DNA of 64,000 bases. It comes from Acidobacteriota bacterium (GTDB taxonomy: Bacteria > Acidobacteriota > UBA890 > WLXD01). The DNA is taken from positions 1,152,001 through 1,216,000 of the forward strand of contig CAXWPH010000015.1 of assembly GCA_963666055.2 (NCBI GenBank), read 5' to 3'. Shown here one piece after another: positions 1-8,999 of this stretch. The notes beneath the pieces are model-generated. The model did not search any database. It saw nothing but the letters and a program-made list of their open reading frames with translations, and was not told where the DNA came from. Positions within the stretch are counted from its first letter, which is position 1. Each line of letters starts with the position of its first letter. The translations under genes were made by a program, and so were the position numbers.

Positions 1-2
1 TT

Positions 3-1631
3 GACGCGGCGATGTATGCGCACGCCAGCGTCGGCGTTATCCACGTTCGCCCGATCCTCGACCTGCGGCGCAGCGACGACATCGAGAAGATGCGACAGAT
101 CGCCGAGCGCACGTTCAAGCTCGTTGTTCGATACGGCGGAGCGTGGTCGGGGGAACACGGCGACGGTCTGGTGCGCAGCCCGTTTAACGAACGCTACTTC
201 GGGCCTCGACTCTATCGCGCCTTCGGTGAGGTCAAGCAACTCTTCGATCCCCAGAACCTGATGAACCCCGGCAAGATCGTCGATGCGCCGCCGATGCACC
301 ACAACCTGCGGTACGGCGAGACGTATCGCGTTGACGCGGGCGACTCGGTGTTCCAGTACCGTGCTGACGGCAGCTTCGCGGCTGCGGTCGAGATGTGCAG
401 CGGCGTCGGCGCCTGTCGTAAGACGCTGGGCGGCACGATGTGCCCCAGCTATATGGCGACGCGCGACGAGGAGCACTCGACACGCGGCCGCGCCAACGCG
501 CTGCGCCTGGCGATGTCGGGACAGCTCGGTGCCGAGGGGCTCACCAGCCGCCGCCTCCGCGAGGCGCTCGATCTCTGCCTCTCCTGCAAGGCGTGCAAGA
601 CCGAGTGTCCTTCGAACGTCGATATGGCAACGCTCAAGAGCGAGGTTTTGCAAAAGGTCTATGACCGTCACGGCGCGACGTTGCGCGATCGGCTGATTCG
701 TGACTCGTCCATGGTGGCGCGCCGGCTCGCTGGCCGCTGGGCGCCGGTGGTGAACTCGTTGCAAGCGAGCTTCGTCTTCCGGTACTTGCTGGAGACCATG
801 GCCGGCATCGATCGGCGCCGCACGTTGCCCGCACTCGCCGCCGAGCCGTTGCATCGCTGGATGGGTGGGCAGGCAGCAACGGACGGTGGTCGCGAGGTGG
901 CACTGTTTGCCGACACATACATGGATTGTCACGAGCCCGGCAACGGCAAAGCGGCCGTCGAGTTGCTGACCGCGTGTGGTTATCGGGTCGTGCTGGTGTC
1001 CGGCGGCTGTTGCCAACGTCCGCGCATCTCGCACGGCTTCCTGCGCCTGGCCCGTGAGGACGGCGAAGCTACGCTCCGGCAGCTCGACGCCTACGTCCAG
1101 CGCGGTGTCCCGGTGCTGGTGTGCGAGCCCAGCTGTGCCTCGGCGCTGACCGATGACCTGCCCGATTTGGTTGGCGATCACGAACTGGCGGATCGCGTTG
1201 CCGCCGGCGTGACGATGATCGACGTGTTCCTCGACGCCGAGATCACGGCGGGACGGATCGAGCCCGGTTTCAAGCCGAGCACCGACCGTGTGTTGATCCA
1301 CGGTCACTGTCACCAGAAGGCCCTGTACGGCACCGATGCCATGAAGCGCGTGCTGAGCCAGGTACCGGGACTCGTGGTCGACGAAGTCGACTCCGGGTGC
1401 TGTGGCATGGCCGGCTCCTTCGGTTATGAGAGGGAGCACTACGAGATCTCGCGCAAGATCGGTGAGGATCGGTTGTTCCCGGCGATTCGGGCGCTCGACG
1501 AGGCCACCGAGATCGTCGCCTGCGGGTTCAGTTGCCGTCACCAGATCGAGCACTTCACCGGTCGCCGGGCACGACACTGGGTCGAAGCTGTTCGCGACCA
1601 GCTGCGGTCGCAACCCGTGGCGCGCCTTTGA
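3..1631 (+). CDS. FAD-linked / Fe-S oxidoreductase (GlcD-GlcF fusion, YdiJ-like), 5'-partial
   Basis: Frame is open from the window edge. Motifs: GEHGDG and FDPQNLMNPGK (FAD-oxidase C-terminus), ferredoxin-like CSGVGAC and CLSCKACKTECP, CCG-type GCCQRP and CCGMAGSFG. Confidence 0.9.
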   Translation, partial: DAAMYAHASVGVIHVRPILDLRRSDDIEKMRQIAERTFKLVVRYGGAWSGEHGDGLVRSPFNERYFGPRLYRAFGEVKQLFDPQNLMNPGKIVDAPPMHHNLRYGETYRVDAGDSVFQYRADGSFAAAVEMCSGVGACRKTLGGTMCPSYMATRDEEHSTRGRANALRLAMSGQLGAEGLTSRRLREALDLCLSCKACKTECPSNVDMATLKSEVLQKVYDRHGATLRDRLIRDSSMVARRLAGRWAPVVNSLQASFVFRYLLETMAGIDRRRTLPALAAEPLHRWMGGQAATDGGREVALFADTYMDCHEPGNGKAAVELLTACGYRVVLVSGGCCQRPRISHGFLRLAREDGEATLRQLDAYVQRGVPVLVCEPSCASALTDDLPDLVGDHELADRVAAGVTMIDVFLDAEITAGRIEPGFKPSTDRVLIHGHCHQKALYGTDAMKRVLSQVPGLVVDEVDSGCCGMAGSFGYEREHYEISRKIGEDRLFPAIRALDEATEIVACGFSCRHQIEHFTGRRARHWVEAVRDQLRSQPVARL

Positions 1632-1715
1632 CGTCGTCGTTGCGCCGCTAACCCTCCGGCGCTAGAGTCTCGGCTACCAATCGTCCGCGATCGACGGCAG
1701 CCAGGGAGGCGTGCC

Positions 1716-1994
1716 ATGCGCTTCATGATGACCTACCAAATTCCCTCGGACGCCTGGGAGACCGCTGTCGAGCGCTTTCTCGACAACGGTGGTGTGGCTC
1801 CTGATGGGGTGACGATGGTTGATCGCTGGCACGCAGCCGCCGGTCGACACGGCTTCATTCTGCTCGAGACCGACGACCCGACGGCGATTTATCAGTTCGC
1901 GGCCGAGTGGAGCGACGTGTGTGACCTTGCAGTCACGCCGGTGCTCGACGACGACGAGGCAGCGGCGGTGCTCGCGCTACGTGCCGACGACTAG
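1716..1994 (+). CDS. DUF3303-like small dimeric alpha/beta protein
   Basis: 92 aa with P.GV....RWH......GF...ETDD...W.D pattern; GGAGG RBS upstream. Confidence 0.7.
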   Translation: MRFMMTYQIPSDAWETAVERFLDNGGVAPDGVTMVDRWHAAAGRHGFILLETDDPTAIYQFAAEWSDVCDLAVTPVLDDDEAAAVLALRADD

Positions 1995-2018
1995 CAGGAT
2001 TCTGAAGAGTCCTGCTAG
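1991..2018. repeat. Mini-palindrome CTAGCAGGA-N10-TCCTGCTAG related to the MITE ends
   Basis: Perfect 9-bp inverted repeat sharing CTAGCAGG with the MITE terminal repeat; overlaps the TAG stop of the upstream gene. Confidence 0.65.
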
Positions 2019-2136
2019 AGCGACGTCCGCACGGATGCTGTAGCGAACCGATCCTGAGAACGGCATGACCGGGCGGACCGTCATGACGAACCGGTGCGAA
2101 CTCGCCGAATCGGCGACCGGCCGACGGAGGGTTTTC

Positions 2137-2508
2137 ATGGGACGACGGATCGTTGCGGTAGTTGCCGGTGTGCTGGTCTGGGGCGTGCTCTGGGCGTTGG
2201 GCAACCAGGTACTGCTTTCTCGTCTGCCTGACGTGGCGCAAGACCTCGCGGCAATCGGCGAGCATCCGGGCGTGTTGTTCGGGTTGATCGTGTGGAGCGT
2301 CGTGCTGTCGGTCCTGGCCGGCTACGTGACCGCGGCGGTCGCCAGCGTAGAGCGAATGAAGGCCGTGTGGGCGCTGGCGATCTTCCAGCTGGCGCTCGGG
2401 GTGTTCTTCCAGGTCTCCAGTTGGGACGTCATGCCGATCTGGTATCACGTGATCTTCTTGGGGCTGATTGTCCCGGCGACACTGTACGGTGGCCGCATGC
2501 GGTCCTAG
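2137..2508 (+). CDS. Small integral membrane protein (about 4 TM helices)
   Basis: ATG 2137 after GGAGG; four hydrophobic segments; P.WYH motif. Confidence 0.7.
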   Translation: MGRRIVAVVAGVLVWGVLWALGNQVLLSRLPDVAQDLAAIGEHPGVLFGLIVWSVVLSVLAGYVTAAVASVERMKAVWALAIFQLALGVFFQVSSWDVMPIWYHVIFLGLIVPATLYGGRMRS

Positions 2509-2784
2509 CAGGCCGTGGTGAAAGTGTGGTGGGTCTGGTTACGGCGAGTTGGGGCCAGATGCAAGGCGGCCTGACACAGGCGATGCCCCGGCCATCGTCG
2601 AGGAAGGCCAACGCCGCAAATGGCCCCAAATCGCCGTAACCCTTCGGGCGACAGGGGGTTGCGCGCGCAGGCTGCGTCGTTCCTCGTCAACGATGGGCTA
2701 ACCATCGCCTCCTCCTCTCTCCTTGGCTCCGCCCCGCAAGACCCTGTCGCCAGACCCACCACACTTTCCACCACGGGCTGCTAG
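2505..2784. mobile_element. MITE-like repeat, copy 1 (280 bp)
   Basis: About 34-bp terminal inverted repeats CTAGCAGGCCGTGGTGAAAGTGTGGTGGGTCTGG with CTAG at both ends; highly similar copies at 47799 and 49275 in the opposite orientation; no transposase. Confidence 0.85.
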
Positions 2785-2825
2785 CAGGCGGACTTGCCGC
2801 CATCCACCCGGTGTCGCTAAAGTAG

Positions 2826-2850
2826 TCGATGTCTAGTAACCAGACATCGA
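2826..2850. promoter_or_regulatory. Candidate PadR operator TCGATGTCT-N7-AGACATCGA
   Basis: Perfect 9-bp inverted repeat directly before the RBS (GAGG 2851) and ATG (2860) of padR. Confidence 0.55.
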
Positions 2851-2859
2851 GAGGCAGAC

Positions 2860-3189
2860 ATGGGTGGTGCAGGGTTCCTGGGAGAATTCGAGCATCTGGT
2901 ATTGCTCGCGGTAATGCAGCTCGGCGAGGCGGCGCATGCGATCAGCGTGCGACGCCGCATTGAGAAGCGCGCCGGACGATCGGTGGCGCGCGGTGCGCTG
3001 TACGGGACGCTGGCGCGGCTGGAAGACAAAGGCTTCCTCGACTGGCAGGTCGAGGAGGCGACTCCGGCGCGTGGCGGGATTCCACGGCGACGCTTCACTG
3101 TCACAGACGACGGGCTGGGCGCGCTGCGGATGTCGCAGCGGGCGATCGCTAGCCTCTCGGAAGGCCTCGAGAGCGCGCTCGAGCAATGA
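2860..3189 (+). CDS. PadR-family transcriptional regulator (acidobacterial, ADOP-associated type)
   Basis: [12 protein letters not shown]...[14 protein letters not shown]...RRRFTVT winged-helix pattern; ATGA overlap with the downstream permease. Confidence 0.9.
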   Translation: MGGAGFLGEFEHLVLLAVMQLGEAAHAISVRRRIEKRAGRSVARGALYGTLARLEDKGFLDWQVEEATPARGGIPRRRFTVTDDGLGALRMSQRAIASLSEGLESALEQ

Positions 3190-5898
3190 GCTCACGACGT
3201 CGCCCAGCCGACGCTTCACCGCCGCGGATTGCCGAGGCTTGGCTGCTGCGGCGACTCGCCGCATCTCCGGCGGCGCAGGTCGTCATCGGCGATCTTCGCG
3301 AGGAGTACGTTGAGCTGCGCGCACGTCGCTCGCCGCTTGTCGCCGGGCTCTGGTACTGGGTGCAAGCGTTGCGCCTGGCGTTCTCGCGTCGCGCCGGCGC
3401 ACTGCGCCGTCCTCCTGTCACTCGAACCGGATCCCCGCATCGGTTGGGCTACGTCGAGATGATCACGTCGATTCTGCAAGACCTACGCTACGGACTGCGA
3501 GCGCTGGCCAAGAGCCCGGCGTTCACCATTGCCGCGGTGTTGACGCTGGCGCTGGGAATTGGTGCCAACGCTGCCATCTTCAGCATCGTCAACGCGGTGC
3601 TACTCCGGCCGCTGCCGTTCCCGCAGCCCGATCGGCTGGTGCGGATCTACTTCGGCCTATCCGGAGCGTGACTCGTGGGGCGGCAACGTCTCGCCCGACG
3701 ATCTGCGCGACTGGCGCGAGCAAGGCTCCTCGTTCGAGCAGATCTCCGCTTTCCCCTACGTCTCGCTCGCCGGCTTCGTGTTGACGGGTGGAGATCGGCC
3801 CGAGTCGTTACAGGCGCACTTCGTTGAGGAGATGTTCTTCGAGACGCTCGGTACGCCGCCGTTGCGCGGGCGCACGCTGCAGCTCGGCGACCACGTGGAC
3901 GGCAAGAATGCCGTCGCCGTGCTGTCGTATCGGAGCTGGCAGGGGCGTTTCCACGGCGATGTATCCATCGTTGGGGCGACGATTACGCTGAGCGACAGCC
4001 CCTTCACAGTCATCGGTATCATGCCGCCGGGCTTCGATTACCCGTCGGCAGATGCGGAGATCTGGGTGCCCTTGTCGCTCATTCCGGAGAGGGGCATCCC
4101 CCGCCAGCGCGGCGTTCGCTTCCTCGCCGCGGTCGGCCGTATGAGTCCTGGAGTGAGCCTCGCGGCGGCGCAGGCCGAGCTCACGACGGTGGCGCGCCGC
4201 CTGGCGGCCGAGTACCCGGAATCCAACGATCAGCTCACCGAGGTGCGGCTCGTGCCGCTGCATGATCAACTGACGGCGGGCGCCCGAGCCGGCTTGCTGA
4301 TGCTTCTCGGTGCGGTGGGCACGGTGCTGCTGATCTGCTGCGCTAATGTTGCCAACCTGATGCTAGTGTGAGCGCAGGCGCGCACGCGGGAGTTCGCCGT
4401 GCGCGCGGCGCTGGGCGCCAGTCGAACTCGCCTGGCCCGGCAGCTGCTGACCGAGGCGGTGCTGCTAGCGGCGGTCGGGGGCGCGGCTGGCACGGCACTG
4501 GGCTCACTGGTGCTGCGTTAGCTCATAGCCGTGGCGCCGGCGGCGGTTCCGCGGCTCCGTGAGGTGGGTCTCGATCCGGCGACGCTGCTTTTTACCTCGC
4601 TGGTGTCCTTGGCTACGGGGGCGCTGTTCGGACTCGCCCCCGCCTGGCGCGCCTGGCGGGGCGATCTTCAGGCCGAGATCCGCATGGCGGGCGGCAGCGG
4701 CGCGGAGACCCGCGGCCACAGCCGCATGCGCGGCGCGCTCATCGTCGCCGAAGCGGCGCTCGTGGTGGTTCTGGCGATCGGAGCCGGCCTACTGCTCCGT
4801 AGCCTCGACAATCTGCTCAGCGTCGACCCGGGTTTCGACGCCGAGCGTGCTGTATCGATGCAGGTAACGGTGCCCGGCTACAAGTACACCACCAGCGAGG
4901 AGATCCAGCAGTTCTTCCTCGAGGTGCTCGAGAGCGTTCGCCAGGTTCCCGGCGTAGCCGCCGCGGGTCTCGTGCGACCCATGCCGTTGGCACCAGATAC
5001 GTTCCAGGGGGAGGACTTCCGATTTACCGTGGTCGGGCAACCGCCGCCGGTCGAGGGGCAGGAGCCGGCCGCGGTGCTGCGCTTCGCGTCCGCGGGTGTC
5101 TTCGAAGCCATGGGGGTACCGTGGATCGCCGGGCGTGACTTCACCGCGGCCGATGATCGCTCACTTGACCGGTTGATGGGCGTTATCAACCAGAGTATGG
5201 CCGACCGATTCTGGCCCGACGAGAACCCGGTCGGGCAGCGGATTGCCAACGACTACATCGAGCTCGAGGTCATCGGCGTGGTCGGCGACGTGCGCCAGTC
5301 CAGTCTGGACGAGGAGATCCGCAACGTTGTCTACACCTCGCTCCGGCAAGTCACACGAGTCGGCATGACGCTTGTCGTGCGCACCGAAAGCGATCCTGTG
5401 CCGCTGCTACCGAACATTCACGCGGCAATCTGGGAGATCAACTCGGATCAGACGATCGAGGGTGTTACGACGCTCGGCGGGCTCGTGGGGCGGTCGGTGT
5501 CGCAACCGCGGTTCTCGGCGTTGCTCGTCGGCCTGTTCGCCGGCCTGGCGCTGCTCCTCGCGGGCATTGGCGTATACGGGGTGGTGTCAAACGCGGTGGC
5601 GCAACGGGCTCGCGAGATCGGCATCCGAATGGCGCTCGGTGCTCGCGGTATCGACGTCGCGCGCTGGGTAGTTGGACAGGGTATGGCATGGGTCGGTCTC
5701 GGGATCGTCCTCGGCCTGGTGGCTTCGATGGGCCTCAGCCGGCTGGTTTCGTCGCTGCTGTTCGGTGTGGGCGCCATGGATCCGCTGACCTATTCCGGAG
5801 CAGCGGCGGTTCTCGGCACCGTCGCCCTGATCGCGAGCCTGCTGCCTGCCCGGCGCGCTATCGCCTTGGATCCGGTCAAGTCTCTGCGAGCCGAATAG
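3186..5898 (+). pseudogene. ADOP-family duplicated ABC permease (MacB/FtsX-like), disrupted
   Basis: [31 protein letters not shown] and EIGIRMALGA motifs are collinear, but there is a frameshift near 3651, an in-frame TGA at 4369-4371 (where Arg is expected) and an in-frame TAG at 4519-4521. Confidence 0.85.
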
Positions 5899-5920
5899 GA
5901 GAGGCGTTGCTAGTAGTTTT

Positions 5921-8536
5921 TCAGGGCGCCTGTTGGCCCCCTGAGCCGTCGTCATTTCGAGCGTGGCTGAGACCGAACTCAACACGCTGAACGAGCCCGG
6001 CGGCGCCGATCGTGACCGTCGTTGGCCAGCAGTTGACGCCGTAGCGTCCGGAGATCGATCTGTCGGGGTCGGGCACGAGGCGAAGCGTCAGCTCATGCTC
6101 TCGCGCGAAACGGGTCACCTGCTCGGGATCCTCTCCGTCGCCGACCGCGAGAATCACCGGTGCGTCCTCGTCGGCCCGATCGTGCAGGGCTTGCAGCTGC
6201 CGTAACTGAGCCAGGCAAGGTGCCGAGAACCCTTTCCAGAAGCTCAGCAATACGGAGCGGCCGCGCAGCCGTCGCAGGGCAATCGGTTGGTCCCCGATGG
6301 GCTCGATCAGAAAGTCCAGGGCGCGGCGCCCCGGCGTCACCGTCAGGCGCAGCGGGCTGGAGGTCGGTGGTGGTCCGGTGATCGCGTGCTCCTTGAGTGC
6401 CCGTGCCAGCGCGTCTGTATCCAGCGCGCCCGCCTTGTCCCACACGAACTCACCATGGGCGTTCATCAGGAACGTCGCCGGTGCCGTCTCGACGCCGAAG
6501 GCGCGCGACCAGGCGCCGCCGTAGTCCTCGGTGATCTCCAGGGAGGCGGTGAAGCCGCGACCGGGGGAGCCGAGCCCGCGTTCCACCGCCGAGCGCGACT
6601 CGCCAAAGGACCCCGCCGGCATCACCAGGTACATTGCCACGTGAGTATCCTCGCCGACCCCCGCGAAGGCTTCCCCGAGGCCCTCCAGCGGCGCCGACCC
6701 AGGCGCGGCGAAGTGAAACAGCACGTTGGGGCCGGAGCTACCGGCGCGCTTCGAATGGGCGAGCACGTTGACGTGTGCCGTGATCGCCTCGTCGAGGATG
6801 AGTTCGGGCGGCGGATCGGGCAGCCAAATGGGCGCCATGATGGTCTCCCACCACGACGGCATCGCCCACACGAACTCCTTGCCGTTGACTGAGCAGGTCT
6901 CTCCGCCGTCGACGGCCTGCTCGAACCCCGTCTCATGCACCTGCGTGCCGACGACGCGCAGGCAGAGCTTCTTGCCGGTGGGCACGTCCTTCTCGAGCAG
7001 CACGAAACGGTGCTCGTCGGCGTGTACTTTGGTCTCGGCCTCCCACGGGATCCAGGCGTGTCCTTCGGTCCAGGACCATTCGAACCGGTCCGTCGCACCG
7101 GCCGGCACCCAGCTCTGGAGCGCCGTGTAGCCGTCATCGTTGGCTCGCGGCGTGAACTCCACGAACACGTCGGAGCGCCCACCCGCCGTGATATCGCCGT
7201 GCAGGACGATACCGTCGGGAACGATATCGAGCGACGAGTAGCGTGCGGTGGCGCCGTTGTCGAACGACTTGACGATGTCCTGCATCGACACACCGTCGAT
7301 CAGCGCCTCTTTCATCGCCGTCTCCGCCTGGGCGAGCGCCGGGCCTTGCTGTGCCTGTACCGCGCTCTTGACGGTGCCGATGGCCGCCGACGGCAGGCCG
7401 GACACAGAAAGGCCGCCGGCTTGCAACGACACGGTCTGGGTCGCCGCATCCAGGGAGGCGGTGATCGTCTCGGTGATGGTGAAGTTGTAGTTCGGAAGTA
7501 TCGACCCGGTGACCGCGCTTCCCTGCACCGTCACCTTGATCGAGCCCGTCTGCCAGGTAAGAGACACGCTCGAGATCGAGACGTTGTAGGTCACGGTGAA
7601 AACCCACCAGCCGATCTCGTAGGAGACGCTGAACCCGTTGATCGTGTCCTTGAAGCTTTGCATCTCCGACTCGACGTGCTCACGCCTCACGGCCACCCCG
7701 TACTCGTCGCCGGAGCTCAGGAACAAGTTGTTGACGCTGCCGAGCGCGCTCGCCGCCGGCGCCTCACCCCCCAGAGTCACAGGCAGCGCCACGACCTGAT
7801 TCGAGCCGCTTCCGAGCGGCTTGAAGTTGTCGAAAGGAATGTCGTCCGGTACTTCCACGGTGGTCGGCTCGAAGCCGCTCTTCACGACCTTGCGGACCTG
7901 CGTGGTGATCTTGCCAGCGTCCTCGGAGCTGAGGGTGCCGCTGGCGGGGTGAAACTCGATGTCGTTGTCAGAGTCGATGCTGGCCTCGACGACCGTCTTG
8001 CCCTCCACGAGCTTCGTCCCGATGGCAAAGGTGATCCGCACTTCGCCGTGGATGGGATCGGGGAGCGACAGGGTGTCAGGATCCGGAATGTAGTTGGCGC
8101 GCACCGGGTAATGGGCGGTCACGCTGGAGCCGACCCCGCCGGAAAAGCTGAGCTTCGGCGCGCCGAGCTGCACCTGCGCCAGCCCGCGTACCGTTCCCGG
8201 CGTGGTCATCGCGTCCTGCAGATCGTTGATCTCCTTCCACAGGTCGTCCTTGGCTCTGGACGCCCCTGGAGGCTGTTTCTTGGAGCTGCCGCCCGGTTGC
8301 CCGCCGCCACCGGAGCCAAAGCTGCCGAAGATGGAGCTCGAGTTCCAGTCGATGAACTTCGCCAGCAGGACGGATAGCTTGGTGGGGTCGCCGACCCGCA
8401 GCGCGAAGCTGTGCGGGATGCTCGGCGACACCTCGTCGTGGGCGCCGTTCTGATGCACGCTCGCCAGGATCGTGTTGACAGTCTTGACGCGGACGAGTGC
8501 AACGGCGTCGAAGTCGCCCGTGAGTCCGTTGGCCAT
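5921..8536 (-). CDS. 871-aa multidomain protein: beta-rich N-terminal region plus two C-terminal thioredoxin/redoxin-like folds (SxxC variant)
   Basis: C-terminal TlpA/AhpC-like pattern LRGRSVLLSFWKGFSAPC...YGVNCWPTTVTI; a preceding degenerate copy AFGVETAPATFLMNAHGEFVW; GAGG RBS; no signal peptide. Confidence 0.8.
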   Translation of the reverse strand: MANGLTGDFDAVALVRVKTVNTILASVHQNGAHDEVSPSIPHSFALRVGDPTKLSVLLAKFIDWNSSSIFGSFGSGGGGQPGGSSKKQPPGASRAKDDLWKEINDLQDAMTTPGTVRGLAQVQLGAPKLSFSGGVGSSVTAHYPVRANYIPDPDTLSLPDPIHGEVRITFAIGTKLVEGKTVVEASIDSDNDIEFHPASGTLSSEDAGKITTQVRKVVKSGFEPTTVEVPDDIPFDNFKPLGSGSNQVVALPVTLGGEAPAASALGSVNNLFLSSGDEYGVAVRREHVESEMQSFKDTINGFSVSYEIGWWVFTVTYNVSISSVSLTWQTGSIKVTVQGSAVTGSILPNYNFTITETITASLDAATQTVSLQAGGLSVSGLPSAAIGTVKSAVQAQQGPALAQAETAMKEALIDGVSMQDIVKSFDNGATARYSSLDIVPDGIVLHGDITAGGRSDVFVEFTPRANDDGYTALQSWVPAGATDRFEWSWTEGHAWIPWEAETKVHADEHRFVLLEKDVPTGKKLCLRVVGTQVHETGFEQAVDGGETCSVNGKEFVWAMPSWWETIMAPIWLPDPPPELILDEAITAHVNVLAHSKRAGSSGPNVLFHFAAPGSAPLEGLGEAFAGVGEDTHVAMYLVMPAGSFGESRSAVERGLGSPGRGFTASLEITEDYGGAWSRAFGVETAPATFLMNAHGEFVWDKAGALDTDALARALKEHAITGPPPTSSPLRLTVTPGRRALDFLIEPIGDQPIALRRLRGRSVLLSFWKGFSAPCLAQLRQLQALHDRADEDAPVILAVGDGEDPEQVTRFAREHELTLRLVPDPDRSISGRYGVNCWPTTVTIGAAGLVQRVEFGLSHARNDDGSGGQQAP

Positions 8537-8583
8537 AGGATTACCTCGTTTTTCGGGCTGCCGGCCTTAGCCGGTACGCGGGC

Positions 8584-8982
8584 TCAGATGAGCGTGAAGC
8601 CGGACGTCAATTCGAACTGCGGGGAGGGCTCGCACTCGATCTTCGGCTTGGACAAGGAGACAGGGGGGGCACCCGGCGGGGTGAAACTACAGGAGCAGGT
8701 GACGGTACCCGCGATATTGATTCCTGCACTGCCGACGTATGCAGGGTTCGCGGAGGCTGCTGTGACCGGCGTGTTTTTAGGAGACGACAGCGTGGTGGAA
8801 CCTTCCTCGTCCACCTTTAGCGAGACGTTGATGGTGCTCACCGTGCCGAAGATTGTGCCGGGAAAGCGGAGATCGATCGGTGAGGCCCCTCCCGCTCTGT
8901 CCAGAACGCACCCCACGTATCCGAACAACAGGATGATGGGCAACAGCACCAATGGAATGAGCAGCACGAACCAGTCGACCAT
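8584..8982 (-). CDS. Putative lipoprotein (132 aa) with atypical signal peptide
   Basis: ATG 8982 after GGAG. MVDWFVLLIPLVLLPIILLFGYVG-C hydrophobic stretch ends in a lipobox-like Cys25; beta-rich mature part with CxC and one further Cys; lies next to lgt and lspA. Confidence 0.7.
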   Translation of the reverse strand: MVDWFVLLIPLVLLPIILLFGYVGCVLDRAGGASPIDLRFPGTIFGTVSTINVSLKVDEEGSTTLSSPKNTPVTAASANPAYVGSAGINIAGTVTCSCSFTPPGAPPVSLSKPKIECEPSPQFELTSGFTLI

Positions 8983-8999
8983 CGGCCGGACTCCAGAGC

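Noticed and set aside
2505-2774. Short ORFs sharing peptides such as ESVVGL (also 47921-48208, 49206-49553, 49467-49676)
   Set aside because: They are translations of the non-coding repeat, with no RBS or transposase motifs.
4369-4521. In-frame TGA and TAG as selenocysteine, pyrrolysine or an alternative genetic code
   Set aside because: The TGA replaces an expected Arg in a permease motif, the same gene also has a frameshift, and TGA/TAG are normal stops throughout the window.
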